This document shows, piece after piece, positions 38,531 through 53,800 of a stretch of DNA of 64,000 nt. The notes under the pieces were generated by a model. It ran no database searches. It saw only the letters and a list, made by a program, of their open reading frames with translations, and had not been told where the DNA came from. Both the position numbers and the translations under genes were made by a program. The DNA comes from the human T2T-CHM13v2.0 reference genome, Homo sapiens, in NCBI RefSeq assembly GCF_009914755.1, contig NC_060929.1; one strand, 5' to 3'. The stretch's first letter is position 1, and each line of letters opens with the position of its first letter.

Positions 38531-40017
38531 TTATACAATTTCTGATCACCACTGATAGAGGCTTACTCCTGAGGATATTAATTCCCTTACATTTCCAGCC
38601 CACTGTGAACATGAGCAAAGTGGTTCTCTGCACTTCTTGAGGAAACTTTTAGGCCCAGGGATGCAGATATTGTCAGTTAGAAGAAGGTTGGAGCACACCA
38701 AAACGGTAGGGTGAGAGGGATATGAGAAAGGCATTGACAGTGTCTGTCCATGAATAAAAGAGGTTTTCTTTCCCACTGAATGCTTAAAACCCAGGCCCTC
38801 CCTAAACAAGCACAAACATCAATTTCTGGAGGCAGCCAGAAAGAATGGGAAGAAAGAAAATAATGTCAAGATATTACACTGTAGCAATATACCATTCTGA
38901 ACTAATTGCTAGAGAAAATAAAGCTTATTTCAAATGCAATGCAGCAAGAGGATGAGATGCCTTTATATTTAAGGTCATTGTTTAGTCAGGATTCTTGGGT
39001 TGCAACTGAAAAAAAAACTATATTTGCTTAAAGGAAACATAATTGTATTGTCTTATCTAATAGAAGTATGAAAAGAGTAGGGGGAAGCTGGCCTATGAGA
39101 CATTTGGAACTAAGGCGTCAGATATAATTATAATTTTGTCTGGGCATTGTGATTGTGGCTTTTTAAAATCTTCAGCTCCTCTAAGCAGAAGGAACATGAA
39201 TTTCTGCTACTTTTGGCTCACATCTTTTTAGCTACCCAATTAGAGAGAAATTAGGACTTTCTTGGCAACTACAATTTACAACAGTCCCAGGGAATAACCC
39301 AACTTGCCTACTTTGAAAACATATCCTGTCCTAACTATTCTGTCCATGCTACTTTGATGTGGTTCATGGTCCTATCTCTGTGGCCAGAGAGTAAAGCCTG
39401 TTACTGGAAGAAGAGAAGAAATAAGACTGGGCAGTTGAATCAACTGATAGGAAAAAAAATTGTTGATACCTGGAGGCAAAAGATCAAGGGCTACACAAAA
39501 ACAAAGAAATAAACAAAGACACCTTTCTGTCCCCTGAGTCTTTTGTGCACGACTATTACATCTCAGGAACCTTAGCTTACCATGGGACACTATTTCAAGT
39601 ACTTATAGAGAGATCCTTCTTCTACAACTCCGATCTTTCTGTCAAATCACAGCTCTAGCAAGGTTACATCATGCCATGGGACAGCTCATTTCTTTGATAG
39701 GATTGTAAGGGGGGAATTAAAAATCTTAACAACATGAACCAGTCTCATCTATTTTTACCCTTTTTAAACTCCTCAGATACTGGCTCATTTGAAAAGAAGT
39801 TACAAATTTCAATGATGCCTAGTTACCAAGAGCAATTCAGCTGTTTTAGAAGTCAGGGAGTGACATCAAATATCAAATAATCAGTCCTTGAGCAAACATT
39901 AGGATGAGAAAGCTAATAATGCTTGGGAAACTCTGGAGGGTTCCTTCATTGTTTCAAGATAATTATCTCTACTCATAAACCTCAGGAATCCACCATACTG
40001 CAACAAAATCTACCACC

Positions 40018-40992
40018 TTTTTTGAGGAAGGGGGAAGTATTATGACCTGAATGTTTGTGTCCCCCGAAAATTCATATGTTAAGACCTAATCCCCAATGTG
40101 ACAGTATTAAAGGGTGTGTAAACTAAAAATAAAATTCTAAGGCATCCCCCAACCATCTGAATGGACCCCTCCTCTCAGTCAAGGGCATTTCAAAGTTAAC
40201 CTACAAAATCTGTTCAGGCCGTAATGGAAGGGGGTGGGGCAGACATGCCTCATTACACCCGCTTCCCTTTTGGAATTTAGGAAAAGCCAACCAGCATTAA
40301 CATCAACACAGATCTTAAGTCTGATAAGGAACATTTATAATCTATTGTCTCTGAAGCCTGCTACTTGGAGGTTTCATCTGCATGATAAAACCTAGGTCTC
40401 TACAACCCATATCATAACTCATACATTCCTTTCTATTGATAATAAGTTTTTCAACCAATTGCCAATAAGAAGATTTTTACATCTACCTGGAAGCCCCCTG
40501 CTTTGAGTTGTCTTGCCCTTTCACATCAAACCAATGTAAATCTTACATGGATTTAATTGATGGGTCATATCTCCCTAAAATGTATAACACTAGGCTGTGC
40601 TCTGACCACTTTGGGCACATGTTCTCAGGATCCCCTGAGGGCTGTGTCACAGGCCATTTGGTCACTCATATTTGGCTCAGGGTAAAATCTCTTCAAATAT
40701 TTTAGAGCATTTGATTGTTTTTGTCAACTGGTGGGACCTTTAGAATGTGATTAGGTCATGAGGGCAGAGCCCTCACGTATGGTATTAGTGCCATTATAAA
40801 ATAGACCCAGGGGAGCTTGTTTGCTGCTTCCTATGATTTTGTGAACTAGGAAGTGGGCTCGTGCCAGACGCTCAATCTGCTGGCAACTCAATCTTAGAGT
40901 TCCTAGTTTCCAGAACTGAGAAATAAATTTCTCTTGTTTATAAGCCTCCCAGTTTATGGTATTTTGTTAGAGCAGCCCAAATGGACTAAGGC
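40018..40992 (+). mobile_element. MLT1 LTR split by a MER4 LTR
   Basis: MLT1 5' (tgaatgtttgtgtcccc) and 3' (gcagcccaaatggactaag) ends. Confidence 0.85.
40117..40729 (+). mobile_element. MER4-family ERV1 solo LTR
   Basis: Starts TGTAAACTAAAAATAAAATTCTAAG; TSD GGTG. Confidence 0.88.
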
Positions 40993-42472
40993 TTTGCTTG
41001 TGAGGGAGAAATCTCAAGTAAGAAAAAATAAGAACGTCAAAACTACTTTTACCAGTGATGTGACAAACATAGCAAGTAGTTACATGCTAATTCAGGCTTT
41101 CACTTTTAATTAGGACTTGAGGAGGCCGAGTTCTGCTGTCTTCAGTCTTCATAAATGAGCACTCATGATCAAAGAGCTACCTCCTTTAAATAATTTAAAT
41201 AAATATCCATTTTAATTAAAGTAGATATTCAATATTGGATATGAAAATAGTTTTTTAAAAAATCTTTAGATTTCATGGCTGCTGCTTAAATGAATAGGTC
41301 CCTGTATAGAAGAAAATGACATTTGGCATAGTCCCTGTTCAGGGCTAAGGATCAAGTGTGCACTCAGCCAGAAGCCTTCTGTGATCCCAGAATCTCCCTG
41401 GGAGAGAGCAGGTGGGAGGGAGTCCCTTCCAGTGTTGCCTGGTGGGTCACTCCACAGATCTTAATAGCTGCCAGAGGACAAACCAATCTGGTTCTGCTCT
41501 TCTGAAAAAGGGCTAGTGTTCTCCCTGACCTCAAATGAGAGTGCTTTGGAATGCAGCAAAGCATTTGATGAATCATTAGACAGACCTTCAAAATTGTGTG
41601 AAAAGGTCCCTGCTGAAAAGATGACATATTGAAACTATGCAGAGGCCTGGATGTGGCCCACCTATACCATAAGAAGCAATAAGCCTGCCCTACCCTGACT
41701 TTTAGGGTGACCAAAGAAGCCTATAAGAAAAGTTTGGCAAAGAACCACTGGGTGCAAGATTTCAGCTATTCTCCAAGTTTTCAGTAGTTACCTCTCACTT
41801 TGTACTTCATTATAGCACTCTTTCTCTCAGTTGTCTGGTACTTTCTGTTTTGCTCCCAGATCTCCAGGCCTGTAGGACACAGAAGCTGTAAACAGCAAAT
41901 CCAATCACAATCACATTCAAAGGGAAGTTCAGAGAGAGAGAATTGTAAAGGAAAGATTAGATATCATAGAGAAAATTTTATTTAGTTATGTTTTCTGATT
42001 CCCATATGCCCATAGACTTCACTGTAGGCTTCTGAAAAAAATAAACTACGACTTTTTTTTCTTCTTTTTGAAAAATGTTTACAGATCCACCTTAAACTCA
42101 CCAGTCAATGGTGATTTTATTTATCTAACATTCCATTGAAGTGGAAAGAATAGATTAAATATTATTCATTTTATGGATGGCTTCCATTAACCAATGAAAA
42201 ATATTTATAAAAATCCATAAAAATCAATCCATGAAAATACCCTTCTAGATGTTTTTAAAAAAAATTGTACAGCATACTGTGGTCCTTTGAAGATTCTCAT
42301 TGAGCTCTCATTCACTGGATTGGATTTGCCTGTTGTCCTTTTCACGTTCTTTGTCCAACTTCTCCTTGGCTCTATAGGTCAAACTCCTTTTCGCTGATTA
42401 ATGTTTGGCTATCCATCACCAGCTTTACTCTTGGAAAATTCTCTGAGAAGGGCTTTAACATCTGTTTCCTTG

Positions 42473-43107
42473 TGAAGTGGCATCACTGTCTGGGGTAAAT
42501 ACCCAGGGCTCATCATCTAGTGCCAAGAGGATTGAAGACACGAACACATGTGTGTGAGTTAAGGAGCGGAAAGTTTAATCTGTAAAAGAAAGGAGAGAGG
42601 AGAGCAGCTCTCTCACGGGTGCACAAGAGAGGCGTCTGAAAAGGGAAATGTGGCAGACCGCAGCAGATTTTATTGGCAGGCTTCGGGAGGCTGTGTCTGA
42701 TTTACATAGGGCCCACAGGTTGGTCCGACCAGTTGTGACATTTATAGAATGTACTGGGAAGGCTGGTCACCCGATCCTAAACTTATTATACAAGTGGGCT
42801 TTCCACTTGGCCAGCACCATCTTGTCTGTGCCTTACTGTGCACGCGGCTGGCAAAAAAGAGAAGATTGAGCCACCATTTTGAACATACCTAGTCCCAGGT
42901 AGTATATTCCTATCGGCACAACTGCTGGCATTCGCCTGTACAAGCTTCCAGTTTGCTTGTCTATGTCTGAGGCTCGATTTTACAGGCTGCTTTTTGTCAG
43001 AAAAGAAAATGATTTGGGGGTTGCTTTTTATTAAAAGGAAAACCTTACCAAGGACTTTCGTACCCTCACTATCTGCCTAAGTAATTTCTTTTTTAACTCC
43101 TATATCA
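42473..43107 (-). mobile_element. MER51-like ERV1 solo LTR
   Basis: Minus strand starts TGATATAGGAGTTAAAAAAGAAATTACTTAGGCAGATAGTGAGGG; TSD CTTG. Confidence 0.88.
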
Positions 43108-43504
43108 CTTGCTTCATGCACTATGCATATGGGCAAGAGTTGCTACATCTTTCAATCACATCTTCCCAATCCAGGAAGCTTCTTTATTTCCCTGCCTGGC
43201 CCTAATCCCATAGAAGGGGGATCACATACAAAAGGGTTGAAGGCCATATAAATAGCAGTATTGTTCAAGGAAAATAAAAATACATAGAACCCAAGACTCT
43301 TAAGCAGTGATAGGTAAAGCAGTACATGCAGAATCGGGGTGGGGGCAGGCAGAGGCAGAAAACTACTGATGCAGGAAAGATGAGCAAGGTATTTTAAGGA
43401 TGACAGTCATTTAGGCTGGGTACTTTCATGTGAGTTAGAGGATGGTGCAAGATTACTTGTGTTGGAGGAGAGAAAAATAGTGGAGATGAAAGAAGTTGTC
43501 TTGG

Positions 43505-43819
43505 GGCCGGGTGCAGTGGCTCATGCCTGTAATCCCAGCACTTTGGGAAGCCGAGGCAGGTGGATCATCTGAAGTTAGGAGTTCAAGACCGGCCTGGCCA
43601 ACATGGTGAAACCCCGTCTCTACTAAAAGTGCAAAAATTAGCTGGTCAAGTTGGCACATGCCTGTTATCACTGCTACTTGGGAGGCTGAGGCAGGAAAAT
43701 CTCTTGAACCTAGGAGGCGGAGGCTGCAGTGAGCCGAGATCGCACTACTGCACTTCAGCCTGGATGACAGAGTAAGATTCCATCTCAAACAAACAAACAA
43801 AACAAAACAAAAACAAAAA
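43505..43819 (+). mobile_element. AluS
   Basis: Full Alu with (AAAC)n tail. Confidence 0.96.
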
Positions 43820-45816
43820 GGAAAGAAGTCTCTAAGCAGAGGCGTATTTACCATTGGAAACATTAAACAAAATTTTTAAGAAACCTAGGAGGCTGAGATA
43901 TGAACAGATAGATTGGGGTTGCATACTTTTCCTAACACTGGCAAAAACCAAATTAATGCGTGGCTGAGCAAAGAACTCACACATTCATGGCCAGAGGATA
44001 AAGAATTTGAGAAAATTCTCTTTTGAAACAGATTCAAGACACTTGATAAACCTCGGTGAAAAATTTGTGTTGAAATCAAAGTAAAGTTGTTTGTTCTAAC
44101 AATTGCATTGGATTCTGACATAAATCTCAGCTGACATAAAAATTCACCATCAATTGCACACAAACTTATTGCACGACCTTGCATTAGAATAAGCCTTTCA
44201 AAGGACTGAATATACTGTAAATTGAGCAAGATCAAGCTCTTTTCTAGATGCCAATATCAGACAGGTATGAAGATTACCATGTTTCCACTGGAGCTTGGGA
44301 AAACACAGACACTAGAAATAAATGGCCCATTGGCTGTCACTGCTCAGAGCTCAGATTCATTCGTTTCTTTGCTACGGTGAAATTCTTAATAAAATGTCAA
44401 CAAACATGAAGAGCAAGAAGTCAGGTCTGCCTATATCATGTGCAGAATAAGAGTCCTCTGTGACGGCACTACTCTCTTCCCCCAAAACATTGACAATTCT
44501 GGTACATATGTGTGTCTGTCAGAGAACGGATCATCCTGTGAGAGAGAAGGACTGAATTCTGCAGAATTTTACCTCCTGACTTTGGGGTATACCAGGAAAT
44601 AAAATGTGGCTATATCTTCTCTCACTACACCCATAACCAATTGAGCTTTTTATGTCTAAACCACCCTCTTTCCCTCACTTTCCTAGCTACTGCCCTCTCC
44701 CACATTCCATGAGTGTTATTTCTCTATCAAACATCAGAAGAGAAGAATGGGAATTATAAGGTTTGACTGATACAATCTCACTGCAGGAGTCGTACCTCAC
44801 AGAAGAGAATGGTCAGATACTTGGCCAAAACAATTTTCTCTACTCCCTGCCAGTGAAAAGATTTGGAGGACAAGTCACAATCTGCCGCTTCTTACACAAT
44901 ATAAAGTGACCCTTTATCACCATCTCTGGAGATAGACCAACCTTGGCATGGTGTCGCAGTCCAGCCGAAAATCAGATCTTTTATATGGGAAAATCTGAGC
45001 TGAGTCCAACACATCAGAGGCTATTGATCTCTCTTGCATTCTCTTTACAACTTCAGCATGTCTTTTTATGGGCACTAAGGAAAATGACGAAGTAGATAGG
45101 ATCGTATGATGGGTGATGAGGAGTGGCCAAGAGAGTAATTGAAATATTCTCTTGTGAGTGCCTTACCTGTAAGTCATAGAAAAGCCAAAATAAGAATCCA
45201 TTGAATATCAGAACCTGCTTTTGTATAACATGAACAAACTTACCTACTCTGTTGGCCTCACAACTCTGAATTCCTTTTAAAATACATGGTTCTGATCATT
45301 TGATATTTTGGTAAAAATGGTACTTTGGTGATTATAGCGTGATAGCACAAAAAGCCACGTCCCTGACTAAAGCAGAGAACGTGTGCTGACAGTGCTCACC
45401 TTTGGGAAGATTCATCTATCATTTGCATGTTAACAAGTTTCAAAGAACTGGCACCATTTCCTCCCAGTTCCATTATAATACACACACTCTAGGCATTCAT
45501 TGCCTCTGACCGGAGTTAGAACCAGTGGGGTTTCTTCAAGACACTGCTGTCACAATGATGCCACAGTGGTTTAGACCTTTTGTTTGTTTATTAGTTCGTA
45601 TATGTGTAGCACTAGCTGCTTGCTTTATTTTATTCCCTCTGTTTGGCAATAAACTATCATGGCAGGGATGGCCTTTTTGCTGCATAGCTTGTAAGTATGT
45701 CCTGAGGCTAATAAGCATGGCATATCTAATGAATAAGATGAGATAACTCTGTCAAACACTGCTGGAGAAATGCTGGTACATGTCTATTAGCAAAGAAGTC
45801 TGAGGCTCCCGTTTGA

Positions 45817-45878
<62 letters not shown>
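45817..45878. repeat. (TG)n(AG)n compound microsatellite
   Basis: Seen directly. Confidence 0.97.
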
Positions 45879-45879
<1 letters not shown>

Positions 45880-46957
45880 ACCTCTGTGGGACATATCCAT
45901 ATCCTGCATTCATTAATTCATTTATTCCCTCATGCAATAAATATTTATTGAGCCGATGTGTCAAGAACTGAGGATAAAATGAGCAAAAATGAGTGATTTT
46001 CCATATCCTTATAGAATTTATCATGTAACAGAAAATATTACTCAAATAATATAAAGGGAATAGGTAATATTAATTGGACAGGAAATATAGCATGCTGAAG
46101 TAAGATTGGATCATAGGTTAAGTAATAAGAATGAAGTTAGTTAAAGGATTTGGGATGGAAAGTTGTAGTTATGGACTAAAGCATATTTAAGAATATTGTA
46201 CATATCGTATTTTCTTAATAAAAATAGAATCTATTGATTCAGTATAATTAGATTGTTTCATTCAGAGGAAGAACGTGTCTTGACCATAAAGATATTTAGA
46301 GATCAAGTCAAGATAAAAGTGTACAAATAGTACTCCACTTGTAAAAACAAAAGAATGAAAATTACTGAGCTGGACTATACAGCAGTTTGGACAGGGGTAG
46401 AGTAATAAATCAAATAGCGAGGTGCTTAGTGAATAGATAAGAAACATGCAGAGTCTGCAGGCTTACTGATAAACTGAGCTTGGTACATGACATTGTATCT
46501 CCTACATATGCATCATATGGCATATGCATTGTTACCCTAACTAGAGAAATGGAGAGCTCATATTTCTTTGTATGTTCTACTAGTTATTTCCACTCTTCTA
46601 GACTATTCTAATGGTATTGCTATTGCAGAAGTTTTATTACTTCTGATACTGAAAGGTAGCAGGGACCATTCTTTCCAGGTGGCATGATCAACTTGGGGTT
46701 GCTAACAATTTTGTCAATTTGGTGCCTTAATTGCTCTCCCAGTCTCCTGCCTCCCAAAAGAGCACAAGGAGGTATGGGAGGAAGGAGAAGAGTGAATAAA
46801 TAGACCTGAGTCAAAACCTTGGTAAAAGGAGCCAATGAGCAAAAGGAACAAGGCAAGCCTAAGAAATCAAGCATCTTGGTAAACGGATAAAAATGATTTG
46901 GTAGAAGGAAAAAAATTGAGCTGGTGACTCCCTCCAATTTGGTAATATGCACTGATT

Positions 46958-47330
46958 TGTTAGTCAGTTCAGGCTGTTATGACAAAATATCATAGGCTGG
47001 CTGGTTTAAACAATGGAAATTTATTTCTCACAGTAATGGAGACTGAGAAGTCCAAGATCAAGGTGCCTGACAATTACATTCCTGTGTAAGGCTCTCTTAC
47101 TGGCTGCAGATAGCTGCATTTTCACTGTGTCGTCACATGATGGAGAGAGAATGACCTCTGGACTCTCTTAATCTTCTTATAAGGATATTAATGACATCAT
47201 GAGGGCCCTACTTCATGACCTCATATAAACCTATCTCCCAAAGGTTCCACCTCCAAATACCACCATATTGTGGGTTAGGGATTCAAAATATGAATTTCAA
47301 GGGACATGAACAGTCAGTCAGTAACAACAA
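46958..47330 (-). mobile_element. MLT1 LTR
   Basis: ttaaacaatggaaatttatttctcacagt...aagtccaagatcaaggtg. Confidence 0.85.
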
Positions 47331-47489
47331 TTTAAACCTTTCAATGACCTAACATGGAGTCCCTTGGTCAGCATAACACTCTATTTGTATGTCTATATCT
47401 AGGAGAGATATTGCTTGTTGTCCCACAATATCTCATTTTCTTTCTGACAATAATAATGCAATACCTAATATTTAAAAGTGAGTCACTTA

Positions 47490-50220
<2,731 letters not shown>

Positions 50221-50520
50221 AATCCCAGAATATATAATATTTAGCTGGGCATGTGACAAGTTGAAATCAAGAATCCATTTTCTGGCCTCTCTTATGACTA
50301 GATCTGGCCAATTATACGTACATGGGAGTTGTCTGTGCAACTTCCGCAAATGTCTTTAAAGGGAGGGAGCACACTTTTCTCTTTCCCTTTCATTGTCCTG
50401 CTGACTCAAATTTAGGTGAGAGATCTCGAACTGATGCAACTATCTTACACTATGAAGTAAATTTGGGAAAAGAGGCCACATCTGATAATATAAGATAGAA
50501 GGAGCCTCATACAAGCACTG

Positions 50521-50884
50521 TGTATTAGTCCATTTTCATAGTGCTATAAAGAATACCTGAGACTGGGTAATTTATAAAGAAAAAAGGTTTAACTGACTCC
50601 CAGTTCTGCATGGCTGGGGAGGCCTCAGAAAACTTACAATTGTGGCAGAAGGCAAAGGGGAAGCAAGGGCACATCTTATATGGTGGCAGGAGAGAGAGAG
50701 AATGCAGGGGAAACTACTGCTTTTAAACCATCAGATCATGTGAGAACTCCCTCACTATTTTGAGAACAGCATGGGGCAAACCACCCTAATCACCCAATCA
50801 CCTCCCATCAGGTTCCTACCTGGACATGTGGGGATTACAATTCAACATGAGATTTGGGTGGGGACACAAAACCAAACCATATCA
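50521..50884 (-). mobile_element. MST/THE1 solo LTR (probably nested in an older MLT1)
   Basis: TGTATTAG...CCATATCA termini; TSD CACTG. Confidence 0.93.
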
Positions 50885-53800
50885 CACTGGTTTACCTATA
50901 TAGATATTCACCTGGGAGGAAAAAAAAGTTATAATTTGTTTAATTTACTGTCATACTGAATATTCTCTTTAGTTGCTGCAGTAAATCCTAACTGTAAACT
51001 GTATACACATTTATACAGTGATGAAGACATGGCATAGAGATGTGAGGTATGTTTTGGGGCATCAAGCTTCTGGTTAGCATTGCTTGTGCAGTAGGCTTTC
51101 TCCCTCCTTTACCCACCTTCAGCACCCAGCACCTATCTGAGGAGCTCACAAATCAGTGATATGTGATAAATATTCAATAATAAAAAATGCAGCCATATCA
51201 TCTGACTGATTTCTCCAGGCTACAAATTTGCAGTGCTGTTTTGTTACATTCTTTTATATAGTGATGATTTCTAAGTACCTCCTTACTTACATTATTTAAT
51301 CCCACATTGAGTCTTTAGCCAGAGTTACATAGTTAACAGAATGAATTATTTTTCTTTCTTTTTTGGTTTTTGCCTTGCTAGGGATGTAAGGAGAACTAGA
51401 AAGACAAAATCATGTCCATAGGAGAGAGGAAGATGAGAAGCAAAGAGCTGAAAAACTCGTAACTCGAAAAAGTGGCCTCTGATAACTAGGAAGAGGCTAT
51501 AGGTTATCTACTCAGACAACTCTTTATCTCTGATTCTGGCTGAAAGTCAGGTCATGAGAGTATTCTTGGAAGAAATATTTCCTTTCCTTTCTCAGAAAGA
51601 CACTATCTTCCCGTTATTTATATCCCATGCTGAAGAGGAAAACATTAAGACGGTTCTACAATCTGTCACTGGACCTTGGAGCAAATGCTTAAACCTCCTA
51701 TGAAGTAGCCAAATATGGCCTTAAAGCACCTGAGTCAACTTGATTAAACTCTTAGTTCCTCAAGACTAGATATATGCCATCTGTTTAAAATTTAAATGTT
51801 ATACCATGAAAAACATGTATAACATACTTCTTATACCTATGGTAGCTATTACTGCAAAAATACCCCAAACTAATAACTAGAGGGATTTAATAGAGAATGA
51901 AGGAAACTGTATAAGAAATATCATCTCCCTATGTAGGGAGCAAAGAGAAAGCATGTTTCTTTTCTTTGTGTATTATTAGAACTTGTATGCCCTCCTCAGT
52001 ATATTAGCGCTAATAGTGCTGAAGTCTATGAAAGATAATTGCCTTGAGTCATTCTCTAGCCATGGAGAAGGTAAGATTAATAAAGAACACTTGTTATAAT
52101 TTTGCAACCAATTTATGTAATGGAACTCATAATAAATAACCACATTTAACACAATAATTCATCAAAGCCAATTTATACATCAATTTGTTCACTATGTGTT
52201 AAACCACCCATTTATAAGAATAAGTTGGTTTCTTTCTGTGTCCTCTGTTCTTTCTGTTAAAGTAAAAATTATTGTTAGATATGGTAATTTTTTGGCTCTT
52301 ACAGAGGCAGCATTGATGTGATATATGTTGTCTTCTCAGCTGCTGTAACATGATGTATAATTTTGCACAGCATGTTGCTTCTGTCTGGAGTAAGAGGAAA
52401 TTATTGTTTTAAAAATATAAAACCATTATTGATAGTCTGTTCTTCTCTCAATAACTTGTCACTCTAGGTGAATACAATTCACCATAGGAGAGGCTGTAGA
52501 ATTCCATGGACTGTCAACTCTTAATTATTTCCAGAAAAGGGGACACAGAGAACTCAGTAAATTAAAATTCACAAACTATCTCCAAGCATCTTATTAACTC
52601 AGTTTTCAAATTACCCTATTACCAACCTTTAGTCAATATCATCATCTCTCCCTTTTTATCTACCCACTATTGCAAGGACATGACAGTTCTCACCTGTGTA
52701 TATCCTAGAAAATTCTGCATTATACAATAATTTACAAATCTGTGGAGAACGAAAAATGGGTCCACAATCTTATACTGATGGGAAAAATTTGAAGTCAGAA
52801 TTGTCACTAATGTGTATAACAAACCTCTACAAAAGAAAAACCAAGGTATTAAATGGTTGGTAGTTTTCATTTGGGTAGACTGAATAAAGGACAATGGCTC
52901 CTAATCTTGAGTCAAAGACTCCGTGAGGTCTATTTAAGTATCGCGTGCAGGTTCTGTAGATGCCCAAAAGTGCTCCAGGTTTGAGGATAGGAGCAGAGGC
53001 TATGGTTGGTGCCACAGAACCACAGTCTCTATCACTTCTTGCCATGGACAGATCTGCATAGGCCACCCCTTAACCCATCAGCCCTGATGCCACATGCTAG
53101 TTATCTTGGTTTACTTTGATTATGTGCTATATGCTCAATGAGATTGTAAAGGGTATAAGAAGATGCAATAGTCTCAGAACATGTCCAGATGCTGAAGAGG
53201 TAACATCTCTCTAGCCACATGGCTGCATTAAATCAAGAGATTAAAATTACTTTTTAATTTCTCCTCAGATTTCTTAATACAAAATTTTTTTTTCATTCCA
53301 TAGAATTTCTCCAGTAAACATTAGCTGTAATTACTAGTGGTGTTGTTTGATAATATAGCAAGAATATAAGCTATCTACTTTGTTAAACAAAAACAAATAA
53401 ATAAGATAGGGGGCAAGATGGTTCTGGTGTTGGCAGCTGTTATAGTAGTTTCCAGTGTGGCAGAAGTAGCAGCATCTTTGGGGCCCATTACCCATTGTGG
53501 ACATCTGGGGGTATTTCTGGAGGCTCAGGCTAGAATCTGTTTTTTCAGCCCTCCAAATATTCTGTGAGCCACTTATGTACTTTTAATTAATCCCTTTCTG
53601 CGCAAAGTAGCAGGTTCTCTGGTCTGCCACGAAGAACCCTGAATGACACACCATCTAAACTAGAAAAAAAAAAGCTTACACAGCACAAAGAAAGAGAGGA
53701 CAACTATAAGAAGTAAACTTTTTTTGACAGTTGGTTTTCTTCTGAGCATAGCCATTAATCCTGCTGTCAGGAGGAATAAAGATACTTCCTGAGTAAGGTG

